Positions 13,141 through 24,856 of a DNA stretch of 64,000 bases are shown piece by piece. Position 1 is the stretch's first letter. Each line of letters opens with the position of its first letter. The position numbers and the translations under genes were made by a program. Source of the DNA: Marsupella aquatica (Eukaryota; Plantae; Marchantiophyta); assembly GCA_973895155.1 (NCBI GenBank), contig OZ316896.1, positions 20,262,754 to 20,326,753 of the forward strand, given 5' to 3'. The notes beneath the pieces are model-generated. The model saw only the letters and a list, made by a program, of their open reading frames with translations. It had not been told where the DNA came from and did no database searches.

Positions 13141-14956
13141 CTGTACAAAATCAATGTAAGAGTGAAGACGTAAGATAGTTGACCATCATGAAAGCCAGTT
13201 GCCATTAAAGGATAGTTTGGCATCTATTTATGTGGAAGGACTCACTCAAACAGTTGGCTATTGACTGCTTACTACTTCTTGGTCAGTATCTTAACATCAG
13301 CAAGAAACTAGACACAATCCTTTGCCAAACATTGCTACGCAAATGGAGCTAATGGCAACAAGTGAATGCAATTAGTAATGCAACTGAATACTCAATCATC
13401 TAGAAATAGAATCAACACATAAACGCAAGTGTAGGGAGGCCCACTGACAATGCACCTATTTGTGGAATCAGCAGCTTCAATCGCATCCAACGTACGTCCA
13501 AGCAGGTTGCGTCTAATGTTAGCACAACACTACGCTCGATCAGGCTATCGTCCAATGTCAAAGAATGTGCTGCACTCAGGCTATCATCCAATGTAGGTGT
13601 TGTGCTCAACGCATTGTTTCATCTCCAACATTCCCTTTGAAAAACACAGACTGTGTTGCAGACATTTCATTCACAAGACTCCTTTGATGTTTCCTTTGGT
13701 GTTTCCCTCCATGTTTCCCTCTACCCTAACGCTGTTTTTGAAATGTTAACAGTGGTATAGTGGCCTGAGTCAGGGGAACGGGACAGTCAATGAGTCAACG
13801 TGTTTCTACTGCCATGAACGGATGTTAACCCATGGTTAAAGAATTCCGTTACTCGAGTAAGCATAGAGGAATTTAAGTGTGGCATATTTGTAAATACAGA
13901 AAAAGTAGTGGCAGTATTGTGATTTGAATCATCTTTAGTGGCAACCTACTTAAAAGCTATTCTTATTTAATGTAACATGCATATACATAACATAATGTGT
14001 AGCTCCATCGATAGCTCCATGAATTCTAATTCCATAATTTGCTAATTTGTCATATGCTGCACAAGAAATTAAACAAAATTAGTACATAATTTCATGATCA
14101 TGAACAAACTATCTGAATCGTATATAGTCAAAAAATGATTGATTCAATCTAAATAAAGGATATAAATACTTGAATTTTACTCACAGTCCATATGCGAAAT
14201 ATGCATTGCTTCAGTGACATCGTAAACCCGACGTATTAGACATCCGCGTGCTCTTGATGCAAGTAATCCTGGAACTAAAACATCCAAGGCATCACGTACA
14301 AGCGTTCTTGAAACTTTGTATCCAGCTCTTTTTAATTGTGCCTTTATCATTCTTATTCCCCAATCTTTTGCATATCCATATATGGGAATAAACTCTAGAA
14401 TCAATTGCCGAACCTCCTCAACCGTATATGTTGGATACATTTTCTCTCCATTACTAAATACTTTCAACCATCGCCATAAGGTAATTCGATCTATTTCCAA
14501 GTGCTAATGCACATTCCTTCATAGTGTAACCAATGTGAAGTGCTGTCATCACATCTTCACATATTGAATTGATGTTTGCTGCATCCATATATTTCCCAAA
14601 TATTCTCCAAAACTCCAATGAACTAATACTTTATTTTGCCAGCGTATAATTCCACCTTTTTTAGAACAATTACAGAACTCTGTTAGAAAAACAAAGGTCA
14701 CGAGACAAAAAAACAAGGCTAGTTAGAAGATGTACACTAAGTTGCCATTGCACATACAATAAAGTAGGAATATTTTTAGCAAAAGATACCCTAGATTTAC
14801 AAAGACTATGGAGGGCTACCACCTTTGGTCTATTCAATGCCCCAATTTAAGCTCTTGAGATCATCTATTACAAAAATAAGCAAAGATACAAATGGGCAAA
14901 CAAAATCAATATATAACATAAAAAATTCTGCTCATTATCATGACTATGAATCATGT

Positions 14957-16298
14957 TTATGCATTTTCATTTGAAAATGTGTAGGCACCACCTAGCTTTT
15001 CATTAATTGCAATCCCAACTACGTATACCGGTTCTATAGGAGAACATCTGTACGAGGTGGCGTGTATATCTTTTCCACGAAGAAAGAAAATATCCCCATC
15101 TAATATTGGAATCTTTATTCCATACTCAATAACAACTAGATGTCCACCTCGTTCCTCCATTGAGGGATTTGATGCCATGAACATAGTGTATTTACTACAA
15201 TCATGATCATTATGAACTATATTACAGTAGTTCTTTGTAAGAAATAGAGGATATGTTGGTACTGCATGTTTCACAACGTCGGGCTTGGAAAAGTATTGAA
15301 GTAATTCTTTGCTTAGATCCATGAAAGGATCTTTGCAATCCAAAAATTCCCTCACTACCGGCCAAAAATAATCACAAAATAATAGGAAAATAATTTCAAA
15401 TAAGATTTGATGGGAGCATTGCTCATGAATTAACTCCAATTGCAATGCGCTAATCAGAGTTGTATCAACAATCTTTAACTTATCCCTGTAGTAACTCACA
15501 AAATGTGCTCCTTTTCCTTCTCTCCAATTCACAAGTGGCCCCACAGCTCGCATTGTTTCAATCAATGTTGATCTCAAATTAGCTCTACGAACAGTCCATT
15601 TGTGATTGTAGGCATCAATTATTGAATGTCGTAGAAATGGTCGATCACCCTCTGGAATAACTCCTTTCATATGTCCCCCTATTATTTCATTGGTAGAAAG
15701 ATCAATAGATGACAAGGGATCCATAACATAAAAGTTACTTGGTATCACCTTCCATACAATATGTCGTTATGTTTTGGGTGGACTAAATCCTCTCTCAATC
15801 AAGAAAGCATTTTTATGTTTCACAAGAAACTTTGGGCTTCTCTTCGCAAATGTCTTTATTGAGATTTAATGTTCTTCAAATTTTTCAAAATGATCTGCCT
15901 TCCGATTTATATATAAAATTAGATCTTTACAAAATTTCCGGACCCTAGTGGCAATCTCATTCCCAAGCAAAGATAGATTGTACCGGAAAGTGATCAAGTG
16001 GACTATTATTTTCCACTGATTGACAGTAAAATACTCAGACCAACGACCGGTTTTCCCCAAGAAGTGAAAACCAGAATAAAATTTTGATAACTCTCCCTTC
16101 ATTTTCCCACCGGAAAAGATGTGAACACCATATTCAAAGAGTAACCAATCACCGAGCAACCATTTCAGTAAAAACTGAATATGTAATTTTCTCAACTGAG
16201 ATGTAAGAGTGATGAGCTCACAGAAATAAATAGCACCCTTAGGAAGAGGTTGGCTTTTGGTGATGTCTGTTCGATTTTGATGATCATTAAATTGAATC
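14957..16298 (-). pseudogene. Last exon encoding a TET/JBP-like Fe(II) dioxygenase (double-stranded beta-helix) domain
   Basis: ORFs 15866-16303 and 14957-15748 share one frame, separated only by two TAA codons. Motifs: LFLTKNYCNIVHNDHD (HxD, His at 15212-15214), GGHLVVIEYGIKIPILDGDIFFLRGKDIHAT (distal His at 15062-15064). Splice acceptor tgtgcag precedes 16298. Confidence 0.75.
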
Positions 16299-17220
16299 TG
16301 CACAAATAAGATTATTGATCAACATAAAGTGATAAAGAACTTTTACTAATTTATTATAGTTTACTAGTTAATCAATATTTTGTTTGACATCTTGGACCAT
16401 AGTGAAATCAAATAGAATTCGAAGCATATCAACGCCAGGCACTGAGGATTCCAACAAAAATAATTTGAAAGTTTCACCCCCCCCCGGAATATCAATTCCT
16501 CTTGATTTTACTCACAAAACTATGGTCTCCAAAATATAGCAATATAATGATGATAATGAATATCTTATAATAGATTGTATACTATTGGCAACAAGGTAAG
16601 ATTCTTACCCTTTCATCAGATTTGGGAGAAGTTTGCCTTTTCTTTCCCCTTCTTTCATTTACTTTTGCATCATTGTTACTCAATTTTAAGTCTTTCATCG
16701 AATCTGCAATGAATGACAATCTATCCTGAATATCAACTTTTTCATGTAATTGTTCAAACAAAAAATAACACTAACCATTCACATATCAATCACAGGTACT
16801 TATTTGACACATAGAATTACTTTCTACAGCCTAATCTTTACGTATGTCTATTTCTTGACATAATTATTTTGGATATTGTTTGTATTAACGTATTCCAAAC
16901 TCCATCAACAAATACAAAATTGAAGTATGCAAATTGCATGCATGCAACAATAGATGAGGCAAAAAGAGAAATGGTCACCTCGTCACCACAAATTAGCCAG
17001 TTTTCCAAATCCAAAGTTGTCTTCAAAATTGATATCTCTGCACTTTCCAAAAAATATATCAAGCTTAAGGTCCCATTGGCCCTAATACAAAATCTAGTGG
17101 ATCCAAGTTACTATGAGTCCTCCAAAATATTCTCAATAAAATTTAAAATTTTTCACTCTTTTGTCCTTTCCTAATTTGATGGCCTATGGTGTTTTAGTCA
17201 AAGAGTCTATTGGATAAACT

Positions 17221-18200
17221 TTAGAACCAAAAAATATGATCACGAACAGGGGTCTGCAAAGTGGGATCAATGGGATGGAGATGACAATAAAGAACCATCT
17301 GTCAACTCCATGGGCACTATGATCATATATCTTTCGATCCTCGGGGGTCTCACTATATGGATGCCTCCCATCACCTGCGACGGTTTTAGGCCTCGGACCC
17401 CCTAAAATATAAGAAATTATTTTTATTTTTCAACCCCTATAAAGTTGGAATATTCTTGGAATATTCCAAAATTTTGGTTATAAGGACCCTAATGTTCTTA
17501 TAAGTCTCAAAATTGGATTTAAGAGACCGTATTGTTCTTCTCAGAAAATTCTTAAGTCTTCCCTTCGAACCAATAAAATGACCCTATACTTTGTCGCACA
17601 TGATATGCCATTTTTGGGAAGTGAAACCCCGGAGTTTTGATCGCAAACATATCCTTTTGCCTGACATTCCTTCAAACAGTAAAAATGCCACATTGTGGGG
17701 CATCGAATGCAATGGACAATATCTGTCCAATTGAGGTCATCATGTTTACCACATGCCTTGCATGTATGTAACGGGCAGATAGGGGTGTGTGATGGCAAAC
17801 GCGCACCGCAAAAAAACCTTACACAAAATCTATCTGAACATTTTCGAACATATTGTGGAGAGTCAAGAGGACCCTCCAAATTCCCCAACTTTCCACATTG
17901 GGCACAGTTTGCATGTTTATATATGCAGTCTTTGCACTTCCACTTCCCATGTTGGCCAGAAGGTGGGGGAAGGCCGACCCCTGGACAGTTATTCTCTGCT
18001 ACATGCAGAGATTAAAGTGTCTCTGAAAGCATGGTCCATCACAAATGACTAACTCTCCACCATCATCACAAATGGCACAACAATGGGCTGCTTTTTGGTA
18101 GATTTGTTCGCGTGAAAAACTTCAAAACATGTGGTCCAAACACAGCTGAATGTCTCACCTCGCCCTTATCTTTTCTACATGGTTGTTTAGGACGAGCCAT
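17221..18200 (-). pseudogene. EDM2/NSD-type PHD-finger cluster, frameshifted and interrupted by a MITE; likely the 5' part of the dioxygenase gene
   Basis: CAICDDGGELVICDGPC, WKCKDCIYKHANCAQCGKLG, KCSDRFCVRFF, CPLHTCKAC, CIRCPTMWHFYCL. Beyond the MITE it reads VLYCHLHPIDPTLQTPVRDHIFW, resembling the recalled EDM2 YC...HEID...TPVRDH tail. Confidence 0.82.
17340..17634. mobile_element. MITE with CTC-GGGG termini and 8-bp TSD
   Basis: Ends ctcgggggtctcact and agtgaaaccccggag. TSD tttcgatc / ttttgatc (7 of 8). Homologous to 35329-35626 in the opposite orientation. Confidence 0.88.
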
Positions 18201-18369
18201 GCCTGCACACCATAAACAAAATTAATTGTTAGAAATCACCAAAAAATTGGGATTTAAACTCAGAACTAACAAATCATCAAAAATACACAATAATACTACT
18301 ATTCAACGAGCTATTCAAGATTTATGTACAAATTAGTTGCATACTTCAATCTACATAACAAGTCCAAGT

Positions 18370-19380
18370 ACATGTTGTTCTCTTAGCCATGCAGGTCCCT
18401 CACAAGATGGTGGTATAATAAGAGTCGTGGCTGCCGAATGTCCCTTCTTTGAACTACTCAGAAACAAAATTAATATTCACTAAGGTAAGCAGGGTTTGAG
18501 AGATGGAACCAGAGATGGCAAAATTTCTAGAGCCACATTCCCTTAATAGAATGGGACCAAACTTTGCTTGCACATACCCCAGGTAGTAGACAACGTGTTG
18601 GTGAAGTAAGAACACCAACGAAGCTTTGGTTGAGAAATGAAAAATCAAAGCCTCCATGGGGTACTCCTGCATCCTAAGCAACCTTTGACTTCTCTCCCTT
18701 GCCACTATTCGAACCAGCTCCGACTTGCTAGATCTGCAGCCAAGTCCAAGTGCATGTTTTCCTCTTAGCCAGGTCCCTAACAAGATGGTGGTTCATAAGA
18801 GTCGTAGCTATCAAATGTCCCTACTTTGAAGTACTCAGAAACCTATCGTTCAGTAAGGGAAGGAACGTTTAAGAGATGGAAGCAGGGAGCATGGAATTTC
18901 TGGAGCCACAATATTCCCTAGACGAAATGGGACCAAACTTGGCCAGCACGTACCTCAAGTAGTAGACAATGTTTTGGCAAAGTTACAGCATGAACGGAGA
19001 TTTCATTGAGAAATGAAAAACCAGATGCTCCGAGGCAGTCCTCCTGCCTCCCAAGCCACCTTCGACTCCTCTCCCTTGCCACTATCTCAATCAGCTCGTA
19101 CTTGCTAGACCTGCAAACAAGTCCAACTACATTGTGTTCTCTCAGCCACGTCCCTAACAAGATGGTGGTATCACAGGAGTTGTAGTTGTTGAACGTCATT
19201 GCTTTGAAGTACTCAGAAATCAATCATTCAGTAAGGGAAGCAACGTTTAAGAGATGGAAGTAGGGAGCGTGGAATTTCTGGAGCCACATTCCCTGGACGG
19301 AATGGGACCAAACTCGGCCAGCACGTACCTCAAGTAGTAGACAATGTCCTGGCAAAGTTACAGCATGAACGGAGCTTGAG
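18370..19380 (-). repeat. Diverged 378-bp tandem repeat (~2.7 units) with residual coding potential (126-codon unit)
   Basis: gtccct(c/a)acaagatggtggt recurs at ~18395, ~18773 and ~19151. Minus-strand ORFs repeat LLGTWLR...GLxCRSSKxELxxIVARERS. Confidence 0.85.
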
Positions 19381-22300
19381 CTTTCACTGAGACATAAAAA
19401 ATTGGATGCTCCGAGGTGGTCCTCCTAACCAGTTTTGACTTCTGCTGCTTGCCAAGTCTATTTCGACTTCTCTCTTGCAAGGATTCAAAGGAGTGTTCGA
19501 CCAAGTTTGAGGGTGTGTCATCAGCTTCATTAACTTTAGTGTGTGACAATTTGTTGGCCGGTGATTTCCTTGGCGGCTCATCTCCCTCCTCAGGTTGGGT
19601 TGAAATGAATTGAACTCCTGATACGTTCGCTTGAAAGCCTTAGAAATAAAAACACATATAAGAAATCTCAATGGGTATGGCTACCTTATTTGGGAGCCTA
19701 CTGAAGTTACTTAATTTGTCCTATTGAGATTTTGTGTCTATGTTTTTGTTTTGAATTATTTTGTAAGATAACCATAAGGAACATAACAAACATGGAGCCT
19801 TAAGGGATGAGTCCAAGGCCCGAATTCCTTTTTCAAGATTTTCATGATTTTTCCAAAAGTGCTTTAAAAAAACATATAAAAATGAAACATGTTTTGTGAA
19901 CTTTGCTATTATAATTCTTTCAATGAAAATCTTGGGATATTTTCAACATCATTTTCACAATTACCAAAAATAACAAATCCATACTTAATTACAAACATAA
20001 AATTTACGGTCTTTGATCTGAGTTTGTGCAAACTCAAAATCTTAAGTAGAATGCCACTATCCATTGTAGGTGTGCATCTAAGTCCACTAAATCTCTAAAT
20101 ACAATGCAACTCAACTAATCTAAGGCTTCTCTAACCTCCTCTCCACTTCTAGAAGATCCTTGCTTCAATCCGAGCTAGCTCAATAGTTACATCTTCTGTT
20201 GCACCCTCTACTCTGGTGCGCTTCACGTCCTCCCCACTCTCTTGATCCATACCAATATTGAAATGTACATCGAGTTTGATTTGGGCAGCCACCTGGCTTC
20301 ATGAAATCATGAAGCCGGGTTCTCACCTGAAAGAAGCTACCTGATCCTCCTAGCTCCCTCCAGTTAGTTCCCCCAAGCTCGATAGTTCTCTTTGCTTCTG
20401 CTCCCAATCCACCCACCTTGGACTCATTTTTGACCCAGACCAGGCCTGGTCAACCCTTAATCCTCCCTGGATCAATCTTGATTCCCGATCGGCCCTCCCC
20501 TGGTCCCTGATTAGTGAAACCCTTCCCCAATCCTAAACCCTCCCCCCCAATCTTTTACCGCTCCCCCTCCAATGTTTGATCATCCCCTTGATGCTCGACT
20601 GCCCTCCTCCGGTGCTCCATCCCCCTCTGATGGTTGATCGTTCCCCTGACGGTCGATTGTCCACCCTCCTCCAATCCCTAAATGGCCCCCCTTCCAATCC
20701 CCTTCCAATCCTTATCAATCCCATTCCAATCTCCCTTGCTCCCTCTCCCATCCTCCACTTGCTCCCCCTTCAATCCTTAGGTCTGCTCGATTGAGATCTA
20801 GCTCTCAAGCTCAATTTTTCACAAATTATCCCTGATCCTTTGTGGCTATCTCCCCTAATTGGAATCTGTCTCATTTAATCAGAGTCTACCACAGCTAATT
20901 CAAGTAGCAGTCAATCACAGTAGAAGCTCATTCAATAACCAAATCTGAGAAATCAAAGTCCAACACTCAGGTGAAATCCAGCAATCAAAGCATCAACATC
21001 AAACCAGGAATTCAAAATTTCAGCTTCAGGATTTTGAAGGCGACAGCAGAGATTAGCAGTCGTTCCCAGACCATAAATTAGGCCTGACCTCAATCGGCAG
21101 CTGATGACAGCACCTTGATGCGACTTGAGCTTAAGTGAGGGGCAATAGCCCTCTCCAGGCCGCAGCCTCCTTTGCCATAGCCAATTGGCTACCCTAGCCC
21201 TTTGTAGGTCATTGAGCTTGCAACACAGTCTTTGCCCTTTGTATTTTGTCACAACCAGTTTTGGGCTTCATGAATTCATGAAGCTTTTGGTTTCTCAGTT
21301 TCCCAGGTGGTAGCCCCTTCATGAATTCATGAAAGAGAATAAGGTATCTTAGGGAGAGAATCTCCAGAATAGCCAAAAGAAAGACTTCAAAAGTGAAAGA
21401 AAAGGGGATAAAGACAAACCACTCAATCTCAAGAAATGCAAAAAATATGGTGAAATAAAAGCAAAAAGTGCTCCAAATGCCAATATTCCAAAAAGCATAT
21501 GGAAACAGTAGGTCAACAAGACAAACTCTCCAATCATGAGTCATGGAAGTACGTATCTTGGTGGGCAAAAACATATGGGTTTTTACTGGTGGGCAAAAAC
21601 ATATGGGTTTTTAATGCCAATGTTTATCCTCATGAAACTTGGGAATGCAAACCTAAAAATGATTTATTTCTCCAAGTAAACTGGATTGGGTAGTCCAAAC
21701 AATATTGTGAGATTAATAATTGAGCAATCTAGTAAAGGGAGGTATGGGGAAGGGAAAAGGCCCAAAGAAGCCCTAAGTTGCCCAACAAGCCAAAAAGTCA
21801 AAGGACTAAGATACCACCTAGTAGCCAAGAAGACTAATTAATAAAGTGTTGTGTCATAAAAAACTTTTGGAAATATAATTTTTTCAACTTTTTCCTTGAC
21901 TTGTTTATCTATGTCATGAAATGATTGGCTTAATTATTGAAAAATGATTTAAGCATTTCTTATTCATTTAAATTAGAGAAAGGACCAATTAAGTTCAAAT
22001 AGGCGTCCTCTATTCATGAAAACATGTTATTTCATTTGTTTCAAGTTAAAGGGTTTTTGCTCTTTTGTGTGTTTTGTCTACATTAAGTTCTTCTCACTCA
22101 TTTGAGAGCACTAGCCTCCCCGGGCGTTAAGTTCTATCCCATGTGGTTGAGACTAGTGTTAATTTGGGTGTCCGACTCAAGGGTCTTCAAGATAGTGGAC
22201 AGTTGAGAAAGCGGACTCATGAATTCATGAAGACCGATTGTAACAAGTTTCTAAAAACACTAAGTCCTGTCTCAAAACCAGATTGTTGTGCATTTTGGAA

Positions 22301-23697
22301 AGGTCAAGCGTTGCAACAAGCACCAAGGGGAGAGAGTGAATATGGTCATCTGACATCTCTCAAATTCCAGGAAGGTGTAAGAGCGCTGACACAAGCGGGG
22401 ACACAAGAAGACCTACTGAGGCTGCAAATAATTCCGGCAAGGAAAGGATCATCACAAGAAGGTCACCCGGGCACACTTGTATCATTTGGCTGAGATTGGA
22501 AGCCAATCAATATCAAGAAATTAACTTGAAGGGGAAGAATAAGAATTTGGAAGAGGTCCCCAAGAAGAGGTTGGGGGAGCCCAGTTGGGTCAATATGTTT
22601 GTGAAATTCAGATGTTGCCTAACAAATCAAACTCAGGCATGTTGAGAGCCAGGTTGAGAGTAAAAGAGGAGCCATTGAGTGATCTGATTTGGATCAGAAC
22701 GGGTACATTTGGAAGCGTAGGTGGTGAATTTATGGAGATATCATCTTCCATTGAAAAGTCTTCCTCAAAGAGTGAAGGGGCGCATGTTGGAGAGTCAAAA
22801 AGAGATCATATTTTATGAATTTGAATTTTTCCCAAGTCTAATGAATTATGGAGGTAATTTGATTGTTTGTTAAAAATACAAATCATGTTTTGGTAAAAAT
22901 TGCTAAAATGGCATAGTAAAATTATAGGTAGTAATTTTATCAAAAGTAAGTTGAGATCATTTTGTAATTAGGAGATGGTGAAAAAAGTGTGTCATTTTAA
23001 TACTTTCAGTTTGTTTTATAATTTTGTCAAAAAACAGGTAGTATTTTTGGCCACTTTTTTGCCATTTTCTTTGTTTCTGCAATTTTTTTACGAGAGTGCT
23101 TAGAGTTTGGGCTTGTTACTCACCCTTTAAGGCTTCTTGTTAACAATGAAAGGCTTATTTTACAAGGTTCCTTAGTTTTGGTTACCTTATGTTAATTAAA
23201 GAACATCACCATCAAACCCAAACCCAACCACCCGACATTAGTGGATACCAATGTCATAAACCCGGAGGACATTGCAAGAATTTTGTTAGTTAATTAAGCT
23301 CATATGAAACCAAATTAAACTGGTCCTCAAGACCTGGACCCACATATTGGTTATTGGTGAGAGTAAGGACTACAAGAATATATTGTACATAGAAAGGGCC
23401 AAACAAAGTACAAAGAAGAGCAAACAATATTTGTCCAACAAGTACAAAGACAAATTAAAGAAGCAGGTGCAACTTTGATTTCATTTTATTTAATAATGAG
23501 AGTGGTTATGCTTTTGTTTGATTACACTTTTCTTCTATGTGAAAGTGATGTGTCCTTCGTGACTGGCCCTTAGAGGAAAAGTAACTGGGAAGTCCAGTAT
23601 GGAAGTAAGAACCCAGTATGTTCTTGGTGGATGATCAACAATCCCGGGTCACGTCAATCCTATGGTGGAAGAGGTCCAAATTCCATTCACCAATGAT

Positions 23698-24040
23698 TGT
23701 TGAGTATAGACGACACTCGTAACGGTAAGCACATGACACATCCAACGCGCAAGTAGTCAACACAAGAGATACGTGGTTCACCTCCTCGAGGCTACGTCCA
23801 CAGAAACACACAAGAGAGCTTTACTGAACTCTAAGCCCGTCAGCTATACCAAGTCTCCACAGTGTAAGCTCTCCTCATCTCTCAAGTGACTCCATAACAA
23901 TGAGCCTAAGTTCCACTTATCCAAGCAAACACCATTTGGCATATAGTGTGCATCCTAGTTAATCTAACCACGTCTCCGACTATGGTTAGCCTAACTACGG
24001 TTACATGTCATAACCCTAGACCATGAGTAAATACCTAACA
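23698..24040 (-). repeat. 3' LTR of the copia element
   Basis: TGTTGAG...CCTAACA. About 15 substitutions plus a 3-bp indel against 33228-33573 (hand count). Confidence 0.95.
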
Positions 24041-24856
24041 ATCTCCCCCTTGACTCTGGTCTAGGGGAGAGTAATACTGCTAACCTATATGATTCCTCAA
24101 CGGGAAGTTCTGGACAAAAACCAACATGGTTTCCCCTCTCTAACTAGAGCAAACCAAAACTAAGCCGTAGCCTATTACTAGGAGTGAAGAAGAGCATATA
24201 TCAGTAATTACAGCAAATGTTAAGAAAAACCCTTACTTGTGATGCAATTGCAAAACCTGGAGCACGTCACGATGTCTAGAGAAACTTTTTGAAGGAATCA
24301 CTTTGGTAAATGCGTCAGCTGGGTTGAGTTTACCGTCTATCTTGACTAGCTCAAACAAATTATCAGACACAGCCTGCCTGATAAAATGGTACCTGACGTC
24401 TATGTGCTTCACTCTACTGTCCATCACCTGGTTCACAGCAAGGTGAAGGGCACTTTGACTATCACAATGGAGCTTCACATTCCCCTATGGCAATCCCATT
24501 TCAGTGATAAGTCTATCCAACCAAATCGCTTCCTTCATTGCTTCCGCTGTTGCAACATACTCCGCTTTTGTAGTAGACTGAGCAATTATACACTTCTGCA
24601 AAGTAGACCTCCAACTTATGCATCCACCGCCAAGTGTGAACACGTACCCTATTGTTGATCTCCTTTGGTCCAGATCTTGTCCATAGTCAGAATCTACATA
24701 GCCAATCAATGATCTCGCATTGTTTGCATTTGCATCAAATAAAAGACCATGATTCACGGTACCCTTCAAGTACCTGATAATCCACTTCACTGCTTCCCAG
24801 TGTACCTTCCCTGGATTCGACATGTACCTGCTCACCTTGCCCATAGCCATGGCAAG

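Larger units (their letters stand above)
8691..13959 (+). mobile_element. Mutator-like element (MULE), ~5.27 kb
   Basis: ~105-bp TIRs starting cagcttttaagtaggttgccactaaagatgattcaaatcac. 10-bp TSD ttcttattta (8681-8690, 13960-13969). Internal MURA-type transposase. Confidence 0.95.
7440..14588 (-). pseudogene. Intron-containing HTH + integrase-core (DDE) transposase, IS3EU-like, split by a MULE and frameshifted
   Basis: ATG at 14588, then HTH-like KECALAL(G)IDRITLWRWLK. After a GT-AG intron (14184-14057) it reads HMDSYDKLANYGIRIHGAIDGATHYV. Across the MULE it reads TLNK|KARTIYEG...LIRSDYATEH...GSSVHNQ, then RIE...WNAHTVR...HIP. These match the eukaryotic HxDxxxKL-GxIDG / RxD / SxHNQRIE integrase-core family. 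Confidence 0.85.
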
